DNA of 64,000 nucleotides, taken from contig NC_043000.1 of NCBI RefSeq assembly GCF_006345805.1, positions 141,174,001 to 141,238,000 of the forward strand, given 5' to 3'. Of this stretch, positions 26,349 to 39,362 are shown piece by piece. This DNA is from Octopus sinensis (lineage: Eukaryota). How positions within the stretch are numbered: the stretch's first letter is position 1; each line of letters begins with the position of its first letter. The notes beneath the pieces are model-generated. The model was not told the DNA's origin. It made no database searches and saw only the letters and a list, made by a program, of their open reading frames with translations. A program made the position numbers and the translations under genes.

Positions 26349-26497
26349 ATTGTGGAAAAATAAATGCTAAATTGGATGTTATGTCATTGGTAATCACATA
26401 AGCAGTTGCATTCTATACAAAAATGACCATGTGTTTCCATACATAATAAACAATTATTTATGTATTGCAATTATTTATGTAATACATATGTACAATG

Positions 26498-26888
26498 CTT
26501 ATTACCTCTGCCAAGGAAGGAGGTTAGGTTTTCATCGGCGTTGGTTTGTCCATCTGTCAGTCTGTGTGCAAAATAACTCAAAACGTTGTGAACGATATTT
26601 TATGAAATTTGCAGTAAAAGTGGGTAATGACACATGGAACAGATAATGAAATTTTGGTAGTGATTTGAGAATTTTTATGGATTCTTGAAGGATTTTTCCT
26701 TTGTTATATTTACTTTACATGAAGTATTACAATGTTACGTTCTTTGATTATCTCCCTTGAAAACACGTTCATCGTTTCCACGTAACCTATGGTGGCGTTG
26801 CTTTTTCCAAAGTTTATTTTCGTTTCTCTATTAGTATCTTAAAATGAACTTGGCAGAGGTCTGCGCTCTCTGAGTACTTTTCTGGTTT
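26498..26888 (+). mobile_element. HINE/DINE-1-like non-autonomous Helentron
   Basis: Perfect 12-bp subterminal inverted repeat acctctgccaag (26504) / cttggcagaggt (26849), a (GTCT)-like patch after the 5' repeat, and a 3' ctgcgctctctgagtact hairpin before a T-rich end. Confidence 0.7.
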
Positions 26889-27664
26889 ATATTATATTGC
26901 GAGACATTTCTGCATGAATAAATCTAAAACTCAAAGAAGTACAATGTGGAAGATAATGGAAATGTTCTAGTTAGATCTATTTTCACCAATTGTTGGCCTT
27001 CTGAATCACCTCCTGCTACTCTTTCTGCCATTTTGGACCCTTCTTGTTTCCCTTATTTTCATATATCGATTTTAACGTACATTATGCCATACTTACTAGG
27101 TTAGCAACATGTTACAAACTTTCAAGGTTCTTTGTCATGTACTTCATGTGGTGCAATATCTTGAGATCACTCAAAAACTCTTTGACCCATGTCTTCTTTG
27201 GTCTTCATAAAAAACATGTCTCATCTATTTGTAATTCTTGGTACTTCTAAAGATGCAAGTGAAAATCAACAATTGCTTCTCTTCCATTTTGAGCAGTCCT
27301 CCAAAATTATAAATAAATTGTGGTTATAATTTGTTCCAAATATTTACCATATTTTCATTATTACTTTCTTCCAGGTTCATTTCAATTTTTTCAGAGTACC
27401 TAGAAAATTGAATGATTTCCAAAATTCTGCTTGTGATGGATCCCCTTCCAAACCAAAAGCATGTATCAACTGAACAAATTCATGCTAAAGATAATTCCCT
27501 TTAAATAATGCAATGAAGATTTGATCCATTTTTTTGCAAAAGTAGCATAGTACTTGGCAATGTATAGTGATTTTTATAGAGACTGCAAATGATAAGATGC
27601 ATTATCTTCATTCAAAAACACATCAAATGAAAAATATTTAACTTCACTATATTTTCTTTTTTTC

Positions 27665-27914
27665 TTTTTTTATGTGTCGGTGGCACATAAAAAACACCAT
27701 CCAATCGTGGCCGTTTGCCAGCCTCGTCTGGCACCTGTGTTGGTGGTACATAAAAAGCACCTACTACACTCACGGAGTGATTGGCATTAGGAAGGGCATC
27801 CAGCTGTAGAAACACTGCCAGATCTGACTGGCCTGGTGCAGCCTTCGGGCTTCCCAGACCCCAGTTGAACCGTCCAACCCATGCTAGCATGGAAAGCAGA
27901 CGTTAAACGACGAC

Positions 27915-27948
<34 letters not shown>
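27665..27948 (+). mobile_element. RTE LINE 3'-end fragment with (GAT)n tail
   Basis: Two ggtggcacataaaaa units, then the shared terminal segment and (GAT)n. Confidence 0.85.
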
Positions 27949-27950
<2 letters not shown>

Positions 27951-28599
27951 TACAAAGAGATGCAAAATCAATCTCGACACTCAAGCATTTTAAATTGCTT
28001 TCTGTATATTTTGAATTATTGCTTTTTAAAAGGTTTCTAAATGGTGTTATAGAGTTATGACACAACGTATAAGCATTGGACCTCCAGTCATATTACCTCA
28101 AAACAATTTTTGGTTTCTTTAAAGCCTCAAAACGATTATGTTTGTTCGGAATTATACTTTCTTGTTCACATACTTTTCACAAGTAGATGCTTTCGTCTGC
28201 ATCAGCAATTTGTGAATATGTCCACACAGTTTCTATTGTCATTTTCCAAATTGTTACAATGAACATGACAAAAAAAACTGTGACAGTTAATAACAGTTTA
28301 AAATTTTACCACAAAGGCAGGCATTTTGGAGGAGGAGATAAGTCAATTACTTTGATCCCAGTGTTTCACTGGTACTTAATTTATCAACTCCGAAAAGAGG
28401 AAAGGCAACGTTAACCTTGGCAGAATTTGAACTCAGAACATAGTGTCAAGTGAAATACTGCTAAGCATTTTGCCCAGCTTGCTAATTATTCTGCCAGCTT
28501 GCCACCTTCTATTGTGACACTTAAAAACATAATTGGTAAATATCCAATGAAGAATGTTTCCTTTCTTTCTAGTCTTTGCAGATTCTCTGCTTTCAAAAC

Positions 28600-28850
28600 C
28601 CAGCACCATACCATCTGCATTTCCTTCTGAGAGAGAAGCCTTTTTTTACTAGTAGAGAAATATTTTCCTAAAGATTTCTAACCTGCATCTAAATTGTCAA
28701 CTATACTTTCTAAACACCCATCTTCACAGCTAAGGACCTTCTCAGCATTCAAAGTATATTTCCCATGTATTTATGCTACTAACTACTTTTGTACACCTGC
28801 CATATACGAACTTTACTTTCTCTGACAATCTGTTTATGATCTCACTACAC
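28600..28850 (-). mobile_element. Old RTE ORF remnant
   Basis: Minus-strand ..LSCEDGCLESIV..KKGFSLRRKCRWY resembles VSSWGVCAESVTARV..TKGLSLRVKGRLY of the RTE at 59919-60575. Confidence 0.55.
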
Positions 28851-31825
28851 TTCTTCACTGTCAATATATAAAATTACAACCAGCATCTTTGCTGCATATT
28901 GATTACAGTTATTTCTCTGATAATAGTAAACTCCAGTCTTCTTTTCTTCCACATATGTTACTCTTTATCTTTACTAATTTTACTTGATGGTCTCTCAGTT
29001 CTAGAGTTTGCATTTTCTTCCATAAATCTCCAACAGATTTAACTACAAGAAATAGGTCACCAGGGTACATTAACTGTACAAATTCTCAGACTTTTGCTTT
29101 TCAACCTCGACAGTATGATGTGTTTAGTTAGATCAACAAAGGACATATTGGCAACCAGATTTTCTCAGATGAAATTTTGTTTCCAAATCATAAAATTTAT
29201 ATTTTAAAATCAACATTGTCTGTGCAGAAACAAAGAACAATTTGTTCCATTTCATTTTCTGTTATTCCCATGGCATTCAAATGATAGAAGTGTAATTTTT
29301 TTTTAAATGCAATCTTTGATCCACTGTTGTATATAGATAGAATTATTCATTATTTATAAATACTACATGAATGACATTTAGCCACTGAATCTATGCTTGC
29401 TGCCAGCTTGTTGAATTATCATGTTGTCTAAATTTTCATTGCAAAATATTCTCGTCTTGTTAATGGTTAATTTGAGCACCATTTAAAGTTTCACCACAAC
29501 CACTAATTGCAAAGATTGAAAAATAATTCTCACTTTTAATTTTTTTATTTAGTTTTGTTTATTTGCTCTTTGCTTCTTCTGTTATTTCTTTTGCTTTCTA
29601 ATTTCGACATTTTGTTTCTTGTATTTCATTTCAATATTTTCCAAACTATGGAATATAATATAATACAACAAATAAAGAGAAAAAAATATTGTAAAATTTA
29701 AATTATTATATGCAACTGTATCCTGTTGCATAACTTTATTGCAATTATTTCAATGGTTTTTAAAATATTTCTAAAGTTACCAAATAGTAGTTGTTTTGTG
29801 TAAGGAATTATTTAACTAGCCATTGGCAAAGATTAATCCATATGTAATTTGAGCACTTGAAAAGATTCTAAACACTAGAAACTAAAACTATGAACTGTTG
29901 GTGTCTTGTAAACTTTTATATTTTGGAAATCATGATATCTTTATACAATGATGACAACGTCTTTGTATAATTCAATAGGAAATGATTTGCTATATTCACA
30001 TCAAAGTTTTGATGCTAACATCCGAACAGTAAATTTTTAATTTCTTCCAAATACATGTGAAATACATCTCAGAAATTTCTCAACATACATATTCGAAACT
30101 CTAGAAATTATATCATCTTCTATATGTGTGTTTAAATGTGAGTATGTGCTTAAGTGTGGAGTTGTATTTCAGTGTTCAATAATGTTTGTTTGCATAGCTG
30201 TGCCTCTGTGTGCAACCATGTTTATGCATATAATTATGTTTGTGTGTACAGTTGTGTTTATGTGTGTGAATCAATATTAAAGTCAATGTTCTTAATGTTG
30301 TCATTTTGAGGTAAGTTTGATTATCACTGTTTCAAGAATTCTACATTTGAGATGAGTTTTACCGTAAATTATTCAAGGATGAATGACAACCACAGAATCA
30401 ATGATTTCAGATTTCTCTAGGGTCGATTTTGCCTTTGATCTTGCTAGAATGGATAAAATATATATCAATTTCATTTTGTCTTGTCATTTCGTTTTAGCAT
30501 TTGGAAACCAAAGAAAACATCCATTTCCAAAAGAAAATATATTACTCATTTTTAGGACACAGATCAGCAGTATTTGTATTTCTATTGTTTCAAAATATAA
30601 ATTATGATCTATGCTTCTAACACACTAAAACAATTTTTGCTTACCAGATGCATCATAAATATCACGCCTTTCACCAAGACACATCTTATAATCTAAGGCT
30701 AAAAGTCAACAAAAGATATCCACCTATTGCTGATTTTAAAATATAACAAAATTATTTTAGATACGTGTAGGAAGAATTAAAATACACCCTAAGAACTAAT
30801 GATACATGACTTGAAGTATATATGTGTTTGTGTCTTTCATAGTCTATACTCTTTTGAGTCTTCACTGCATATATCATACCAGTAAGGAATAAGGGTAAAA
30901 TAGCATGAATCATAAAATATACATAGAGAATACATTATTCCAAAAGAACCTCAAGTTTTTATGTAATTGTTTGACCTGCTAGATATAAAAGCGAAACTTC
31001 CTCCAAATCACACACTTGCATTTTGTGTACTCATAGATACACATCATCATCATCATTGTTTAACGTACACCTTCCAAGCTAGCATGGGTTGGACGATTTG
31101 ACTGAGGGCTAGCAAATCAGATGGCTGCACCAGGCTCCAATCTTGATCTGGCTGAGATTCTACAGCTGGATGCCCTTCCCAGCACCAACCACTCCGAGAG
31201 CGTAGTGGATGCTTTTAAGTGCTACCATTCTTGACAAGTGATGGAAAATGTTTGTCTGAGAATTTGGGAGCATCATTTTTGCAATTGGAACTGTTTGTAC
31301 AGTAGTCTGCTTTTGGAAAATGAAGGAGTTTAATGTCACTAATCTCAATTACATTTCTTACCATAAAGTTGGTTTGTTTGGGATAGTAAAGGGTAAAATA
31401 TCTAGGTGCTTCTTGGATGCATGAATGTTAGAAGTTTGAAGTTGTTTGATCATATTTACAGAGTCAGATCTGTTCTAGAACTAAACAGCATTTAAACGAT
31501 TATGCCATAGTTTTTATAAGTTTATTCAAGAGGAATGGTCTGTGTTTCAGGCATTTGTAGCATTTTGAAACTGATGAAATCAATATCACCAATATTCTGC
31601 TTAAACTGCTGCAAGTCCTGTACCAGGAATTCTAGGGGGTCAATATTCTGAGAAGAAATGTTTGGGTATATTGATTAATGAGGAGCCTAGAATGAATTGA
31701 TATGATATAAGCCATGAGAGGAAGAATGAGTGGTGTAACTTAACTAAGGATCAGAATGAACGACTAGATTTTAGCAGAGTAAAATGAGGTAAGCAGAATT
31801 ATGTACCTTGCAGAACTGTACAATA

Positions 31826-32242
31826 CGGTGGCCAGCTGGCAGAATCGTTAGCACGCTGGGCGAAATGCTTTGCGGTATTTCGTCTGCCGTTATGTTCTGA
31901 GATCAAATTCTGGCGAGACCGACTTTACCTCTGATCCTTTCGGGGTCGATAAATTAAGTACCAGTTACGCACTGGGGTCGATGTAATCGACTTAATACCT
32001 ATGTCTGTCCTTGTTTGTCCCCTCCATGTTTAGCCCCTTGTGGGTAATAAAGAAATAGGTATTTCGTCTGTCGTTACGTTCTGAGTTCAAATTCTAGCGA
32101 GATCGACTTTGCCTTTCATCCTTTCGGGGTCGATAAATTAAGTACCAGTTATACACTGGGGTCGATGTAATCGACTTAATTCCTTTGTCTGTCCTTGATT
32201 GTCCCCTTTGTGTGTGGCCCCTTGTGGGCAGTAAAGAAATAA
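31826..32242 (+). mobile_element. SINE family B, tandem (dimeric) body
   Basis: The body is repeated after ataggtatttcgtctg; flanked by agaa(c/t)tgtacaa. Confidence 0.85.
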
Positions 32243-33174
32243 GAATTGTACAAAAGAAGGAATGTAGCAGAGTTTGAACACATAATGCTTGAATCAGCTA
32301 TCTATCCCTTCAAGCAAATAGGCAGTGTGAGCTTAATATAAAGGATAATATTAAAATTCAATATCTGTTTTTCTGTTTGTGTTTATCTTAAATTTTGTGA
32401 AAACAATCCATTGCAGTACAAAAATGTTTTGATTAATATTCTCTTAAACACAAGCCTTTTTGCCTAAAATCAACACAATTTTGAAATCAAAATAATTTTC
32501 CCTTCTTTCAAGGATGTGTGACAATAGAAGTAATGTACACATGCACAGATAAACATGCAAACTAAACATTTGAATACAGATGCTTACAAACACAAATATA
32601 CACATTAAAAAGACAAATAATGTGCAAGATACGCATCTGATATTAGATGTACATGCACAAACACACAGTTACACACACATCTAAAATTATCATACATAGA
32701 TACATTCACATGAAACAGATGCTCATCTAATAGTGAATGCACAGATACAAATATACAAATAAATACAAGAGCATACTTGCACACATAAATATGACCATAA
32801 ACAAGATTTAGCCAAACAGACGAGGCACATAAGAACACATAAGTATATTGCAGTTAAGAAATGAACACATACAGAAGAATAGGATTAACAATTGTTAACA
32901 AATATTTTGGGATTTAATTTCATTTTAAATGAATGTTATATTTTTGCTTTATATACATTCATAATGGTGCAAGAATGTGTGTGTGGTTGTGAAGCTGTTT
33001 TCCAACCACATTGATTTTGGATTCATTCCTTCCACATGGCACTTTGGGCAAGTGTCTTTTACCATGTCCTCAGGCTATCCGACACTTTGTAAGTGAATTT
33101 AATAGGTGGAACCTGTGTGGGGTGCCTGCCCATCTATCCATCAATCCATCTATCCAGCTATATATATATATATA

Positions 33175-33381
33175 TTGGGTTGTCTGGAAAGTTCATACCG
33201 ATTTTTAAAGGAAAGGAAAAGGTCAATAAATACTTGCCATTACATTTTTAATCAACCAAATATGAAACATTTTGTTGCACAATGTGTCTCCATCTTTCCT
33301 TTAACTTTAAGATACCTTCTTCCCAGAATTGAGGTGCCTGGTAAACTACTATAAATCAGCACAAATTTCTGGACAACCCAA
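33175..33381. mobile_element. Mariner-derived MITE (207 bp)
   Basis: TIRs ttgggttgtctggaaag / atttctggacaacccaa, flanked by TA within (TA)n. Confidence 0.85.
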
Positions 33382-33396
33382 TATATATATTTATAT

Positions 33397-33429
<33 letters not shown>

Positions 33430-33444
<15 letters not shown>

Positions 33445-33645
33445 TAATCCAAACAAGAAAGCACAAAAAAACACAACAACGCGAGGATGTGGAACAAATA
33501 TAGTATTATTGGACGCTCAGGAAAGAAGGAAAGAAGGAGGGTTTAACGTTTCGAGCGGAGCTCTTCGTCGGAAACATAGGAGAAGGAAAGATCAAGAGAA
33601 GGGAAGACAGAGGAAAAAAAATCACCAACGGTACACATGAGGTCA
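33430..33645 (-). mobile_element. (TA)n-embedded PLE-type short repeat with a hammerhead-like motif (33541-33575)
   Basis: Minus strand reads GTTT-CCGACGA-A-GAGC-tcc-GCTC-GAAAC-GTT-AAAC; homologues at 23350 and 55455. Confidence 0.7.
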
Positions 33646-33657
33646 CATATATGTATA

Positions 33658-33985
33658 TATGAATTGAAATCCAAGAAATGGAGAAGTAGCATTAACATAA
33701 TTTATTAGCTGCAAAAGTTCAACATGTTCATTTACAACTGTTTTGATTTTGCCCAAAAGAATTAAATTCCAGTCTGTTGAAATGTTTTGAAGGAATAACA
33801 TGTAATAACCTAACGATACGTCTTTACACTCCTCTTATGAGATTTTGTCTACTAAAATGCTTTAATTACTAGAATTTAATTCTTTTGGACAAAATCGAAA
33901 CAGCTGTAAGTGAACATGTTGAATATTTGCAGTTAATAAATTATATTAACACTACTTCTCCATTTTCTGGATTTTAATTTGAATA
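33658..33985. repeat. Inverted repeat with about 115-bp arms containing a hammerhead-like fold (33827-33912, +)
   Basis: Arms 33658-33774 / 33867-33985 with scattered mismatches. CTTATGA-GATTTTGTC..GACAAAATC-GAAAC-AGCT-GTA-AGTG. Confidence 0.75.
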
Positions 33986-34121
33986 CTCATAAACCAAGAT
34001 TTATATTTAAACCTATTATTTTAAGAATATTGCTATTCACAGCAAAATAATAGGTAACAAAGCAGTAATTCTTTGGATATTTTCTATCCCTTATGGTGGT
34101 CTTTTTAAAACCTCTATTTAA

Positions 34122-34193
<72 letters not shown>

Positions 34194-34194
<1 letters not shown>

Positions 34195-35672
34195 TGGGTT
34201 GGCAAAATATAATTTCAGTTTTTTAGTGTGAAATAAAATTCATTTTTTTAATACAAGGAATGAACTTTAATTAATTATATGTTTTCCATTTTGTTCAATG
34301 ACCTTTTGCCATCTTTCTGGCAACCTCATGATTCCACACTCATTGAACTTCTGGTCTTTGTCAGCCAAAACCTGAAGCAACAGGTCATCATTATTATTGA
34401 AAATTTTACCATTCAAAGAATGTTGCAAACTTCGAAATAAATGGTAATCTGATGGTGCAAGGTCAGAGCTACATGGTGGATGTGACATCACTTCCCAAAC
34501 AAGCTCCAATAATTCTTCACAAGTTAGAAAAGACATGTGTGGTCTAGAGTTGTCATGGTGGAACACGATTCCTTTACGATTTGCCAATTCCGGTCTTTTT
34601 TTTTATTGATTCCTCCAGTTTTATTAGTTGTTGGCAGTAACCATTTGAATTGATCGTTTGGTTACTTGAGAGCAGCTCAAAATTCAGAACACCAGTTTTC
34701 ATCGCAAGGCAAATTTTTAAGATTTGGAAGGAGAAAAGAAATTTTTTTAAAATTGAGGAAGGGGAAAAAAGAAATTTACAATGTTTTTTTCAAAAAAATA
34801 ATAATACATAGATACAAAAATTAATAAATAAGTATACCGATACATTGTAGAGTCTTTATGCTTTTAGAGTTCAATAATAGTCCTTGGAAAAATTTCTTTG
34901 GAAGATTAAGATCCATGTGATTAAAAGTGGCAGCATGAACTTTTTTAATGCAATTCAATCTTCGATGTGGTTTGTGCTGATTCATTAAGCTGGGACCAAG
35001 ATTGTTTTCGATTGATGTTATGGTAGACAATCCATTTTTTATCACCAGTGATGATTCATTTAAGAAAAGTTCGATTTCATTGCTTTGCGATGCATATCGT
35101 GAATATTGATTCGTTGAGTTAAGGGAATCTTTTTCAAATTATGTAGGACCCAAATATCAAGCTTCTTAACGAGTCTTAGACATTTTAAGTGACTTTCAAT
35201 TTATGTGTGTGATACATTTAACTTCTCTGCAATCTCTCGCACAGTTATATAACAATCAGGTTCAGTTATGGTTTTGATTCGGTCATCATCAATTTCAGTA
35301 GATCGACCAGAACGTTGATTATCTTTGAGTGAAACATTTCCAGAACGGAACTTTTAAAACTATTTCTGAAATGTGTGTTCTGTTAAGCAATCAACACCAT
35401 AGACTTCACATATCTCTTTGTGAGCCTCACCAGCTTTTTTGCTTTTACAGAAATATAGACACAAAATATAGCAAAAATGTTGGTATTTGTACTACATGTT
35501 AAAATTGACACCGAACTAACAGCTGTAAATAAAATTATACGCAATTTGCTTCTAAAGTAAGTTGAAGGTAACGGCTATCAATATCAAATGGAAAAAAATT
35601 ATTACATTGACAAAACTTATTCAAAAATATCATAACCCTGCGAAAAATGAATTTACTTTCTTGTCAACCCAA
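34194..35672 (-). mobile_element. Full-length decayed mariner element
   Basis: TIRs ttgggttggcaa / ttgtcaacccaa flanked by TA. Transposase pieces: KKAGEAHKEICEVYG..FRSGNVSLKDNQRSGR, HHDNSRPH, HPPCSSDLAPSDYHLFRSL (D,D34D type). Confidence 0.92.
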
Positions 35673-35706
35673 TATATATATATTTACACACACACACACA
35701 CACACA

Positions 35707-35761
<55 letters not shown>

Positions 35762-36107
35762 ATGTGTGTGTATGTATATACAATCACACTCACATATGCA
35801 TACACATATACACGTGCACACACACACACACACATATATGTGAGTGTGTGTATCTTTCTGCTTGTCCTCACCATCAGCACCATAGCTTGAAAATGGTGAT
35901 GGATTTTTCTGTCTCCTGTAATATATGTTCTGGCAAAAGAGACCAATAGAATGAGTGCCAGATTAAAAAAAAATAAGTGAACTGGGTTCAATTTGTTTGA
36001 ATAAATACTTCAACTTGCTGCCTCAGCATGGCCACAGTGCAATTTCTGAAACAGGTTAAAGATAAAAATGTATGAATTGTTTATTTTCATATTATATAAG
36101 GATGCTC

Positions 36108-36490
36108 AAGGTGGCAAGCCGCAGAATCCTTAGTACACAAGATGAAATGCTAAGCGGTATTTTGCCCATATTTTGCTCCGCGGTCAACTTTGCCTTTCAT
36201 CCTTTCGGGGTCGATTAAATAAGTACCAGTTACGCACTGGGGTCGATCTAATCGACTTAATCCGTTTGTCTGTCCTGGTTTGTCCTCTCTGTGTTTAGCC
36301 CCTTGTGGGTAGTAAAGAAATAGGTATTTTGCCCATCACTATATTCTAAGTTCAAATTCTGCTGAGGTTTACTTTACCTTTCATCCTTCTGGGATTCAAT
36401 AAATTGCGTACCATTTGAGTACTGGGGTCAATGTAATCGACTATCCCCTCACCCAAATTCCAGGCCTTGTGCATAGAATAGAAAGTATTA
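36108..36490 (+). mobile_element. SINE family B, dimeric
   Basis: Family B head followed by two body copies. Confidence 0.8.
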
Positions 36491-36862
36491 TATAAGAATG
36501 TTCAAAAAGCTTCATAGCCTTAATTTTTCGATTTTTCTTAAAGGAGTTATACAGAATTCATATTTACATTTTCCATATTTTTATCATTATCTACTGTTTT
36601 TAACTTCTATTTCTTTATTTTCTTTTTTTTCTTTTTTAGCATACTAAAGTATAATTCATGCACTAACATATATGTAATAAAATTGTTGAAATGCAACATT
36701 TCTAAATTTATGTGTCTGTATCTGTGCTGACATTGCCACAGCTTAAAATCTGGTCTTACACACTAAATCCTGCAGCATAGAAGTTTAACAAATTGTGAAG
36801 AAATGATTACTGTACTTAAATATCATTACTGGGTTGTATACATATATACTGGAACTGTAAAC

Positions 36863-36898
<36 letters not shown>

Positions 36899-37075
36899 CA
36901 TAATAAATATTAGGGAATAAATCCAAATTTACAGGGAAAAAATCAGATTTATGATTAAATCGATTTTATAGTAAAATATTATAAAATATTATTCGAGACA
37001 AAACCACTATTTTGCAAAACAAACAAGGAAAGACTAATTAATACATAAAATTTTAATAAATAGTCAAAAAAACCG

Positions 37076-37118
37076 CCACTACAATCGTTTCTTGTCTTGA
37101 TCGACAATCTTCAGGTGG
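37076..37118 (-). ncRNA. Identical hammerhead on the opposite arm of the palindrome
   Basis: Exact reverse complement of 37167-37209. Confidence 0.75.
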
Positions 37119-37166
37119 ACTTCCAATAATTCAGTGTCAAATAATTTGACACTGATTATTGGAAGT

Positions 37167-37209
37167 CCACCTGAAGATTGTCGATCAAGACAAGAAACGA
37201 TTGTAGTGG
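37167..37209 (+). ncRNA. Minimal type I hammerhead ribozyme, intact catalytic core
   Basis: CCAC-CTGAAGA-TTGTC-gatcaa-GACAA-GAAAC-gatt-GTA-GTGG. Stem I 4 bp, stem II 5 bp, stem III self-complementary ACGATTGT, GUA cleavage site. Confidence 0.75.
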
Positions 37210-37300
37210 CGGTTTTTTTGACTATTTATTAAAATTTTATGTATTAATTAGTCTTTCCTGTTTGTTTTGCAAAATAGTGGTTTTGTCTCGAATAATATTT

Positions 37301-37350
<50 letters not shown>

Positions 37351-37352
<2 letters not shown>

Positions 37353-37552
37353 ACAATTAATAAGAGGAAAGACCACTAAAGTGGATTCATACACGCTAGA
37401 GATAGACGTCAAATCGCCTTACCACAAAGAGTGTTTTCTCAAGAAAAAATCCCACCAACCGCCAAAACACACTCTTTGTAGTAAGGCGATTTGATGTCTG
37501 TCTCTAGTGTATAGGAATCCACTTTAGTGGTCATTCCTCATATTAATTGTAA
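37351..37552. repeat. Inverted repeat, about 88-bp arms, about 25-bp spacer
   Basis: acaattaataagaggaaagaccactaaagtggattc... versus ...gaatccactttagtggtcattcctcatattaattgt; separated from the 325-bp palindrome only by (TA)n. Confidence 0.9.
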
Positions 37553-37739
37553 TATAATTTTTAAATCTTTGGATTTTTTTGAATATGCTAGACTACTGGT
37601 TTAAATTGATGTCAATTGATATCAATTTCTAGCTTCATTATTTTATATATATATATATATATATACCCCTTCTTAAATGTGTATGTTCTGTTAGAACAAA
37701 CTACATGGCTGTAATTACCTTGAGAGAAACTCTCATATT

Positions 37740-37945
37740 GGCTTTTGATGCAAACAGTATTCATTTATTGATACTACTTCTGTCTCTAAGCAAAAAATTA
37801 GATCAATGCCCTAAAGACACAAATCCAAAATACCAAATTTTCCCTCTTTATCAATCCACAAGAAACACTTTAACCTAATTCTGATTGATTAAGGAAAGCA
37901 TGTTCATCAAAAAATACAAACCACAACTATTGATAAATATCCTAT
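37740..37945 (+). mobile_element. PLE GIY-YIG C-terminal remnant
   Basis: ..LIKESMFIKKYKPQL.. resembles the R.I.Ea.fI...kP.LN end of GIY-YIG domains. Confidence 0.5.
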
Positions 37946-38229
37946 AATAATACACCAGAAAGAGGAAACTCAGTTTGTAACTTTAAACTCTCCTAAATCC
38001 TTTATTCATATATTTGTACAATTGAGAAGCAAAATATGGTCCAACTGAGTTTGACGTGTGAATAAATCTATTGCAAAATTTAAAAACAACTACACATTCT
38101 TAGATTCAGGTGCATTTTCAACCACCAAAACAAATTCTCCTATACTTTTTCATGTGTGGGAATACACTTCTTTCCATATGAATATGTGTGAGTGTGTGTG
38201 TATTGATATAGATATACACACACACATAT

Positions 38230-38656
38230 ATATCTATCTCACAACACCACATCACATCATACCACCACGCACACACTAGCACTGACCACTTCTCAGCCCC
38301 ACATCCACACACCTACACATATACCCACGCACACATCAAGGTCACCAGCCCTCTTCCACATGCACATACATACTCTCTTATACACACGCACATACACCTT
38401 CGTTTTGGGATCACCACCACTTTATTATCTCCCCTTCTTCCTCACTCTCCTGTGTGACCGCTCTGTCCAGCATTCGCCATGATAGATCGCTCGCCACTAC
38501 ACATTCTTTATTTTCTCTCCTTGTTTCTTTCTCTGTTCCTTTCTGTGAAAGAGTGTAGGCTTGAAACATTAAAGACTTCCCGAGGATTAAACTAATACAT
38601 CTGTTTGCTGTCTACACCATCTGTCTTCGTCTTTTGTGGGTTATTTTATGATTTCT

Positions 38657-38660
<4 letters not shown>
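38230..38660 (+). mobile_element. PLE 3' region homologous to 7090-7620, with a decayed hammerhead (38538-38576)
   Basis: cacatgcacatacatactctc...ctttCTGTGAAAGAGTGTAGGCTTGAAACATTAAAGAC...gtcttcgtcttttgt, then (TA)n. Confidence 0.75.
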
Positions 38661-38707
<47 letters not shown>

Positions 38708-39362
38708 ATTAGCTTATATATAGGTCAACCTTCAATGTCTGATGGAGTGGTGGTATTGCGACATACAGCATATGGTGGGCTTTTGGTCATCTAAACTTGG
38801 CAGAGTCCTTCCCAAGCCACAGATGATTTCTTTGAGGAAGAGAGAGGTGGAAAGAAAAAGAGGAACATCCTTACTGGATTGGTACTTTATTTATTTACCA
38901 ATACAATACAAATGAAAGGTAAAGCTGATATCAGCATGATTGGAACCTAGAGATCAAGGACCTGGAATTAACACTTCTAGACATTATCCATTGATCTAAC
39001 AACTCTCTCAAGCTGAAATTAATAAATCTGTTGCCAATTAAATGTTTTATTTCCGAGGTAAATCTAGGTGTCTTGTTAGTGCAAAATAATAATGACAAGA
39101 AATTCTTTTGTTCTTCAAAGTTCTTTTGATGCTTTTCTTGTGAATTGTAATGTAAGCATGTGAAGATATTTTCATTTGATTTTTTTCAAAATAAAAATTT
39201 AAATGTCCCCTACTTGGTTAATCATACATTTAAAATCAATAGCTTACTTTCTGAATTCATGAAGGCTTATATAATTTATATTAGTTTATAACTGTCAGGT
39301 CAATATCCTACTTACCTTTTCCTTTATGCTTTTTCTCATCTTCCTTTTTTTTTCTTTTGTAG

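Larger units (their letters stand above)
36980..37304. repeat. Near-perfect 325-bp palindrome (about 161-bp arms, 3-nt loop) inside (TA)n
   Basis: Centre tcagtgtcaaa-taa-tttgacactga; I found only two single-base indels between the arms. Confidence 0.95.
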
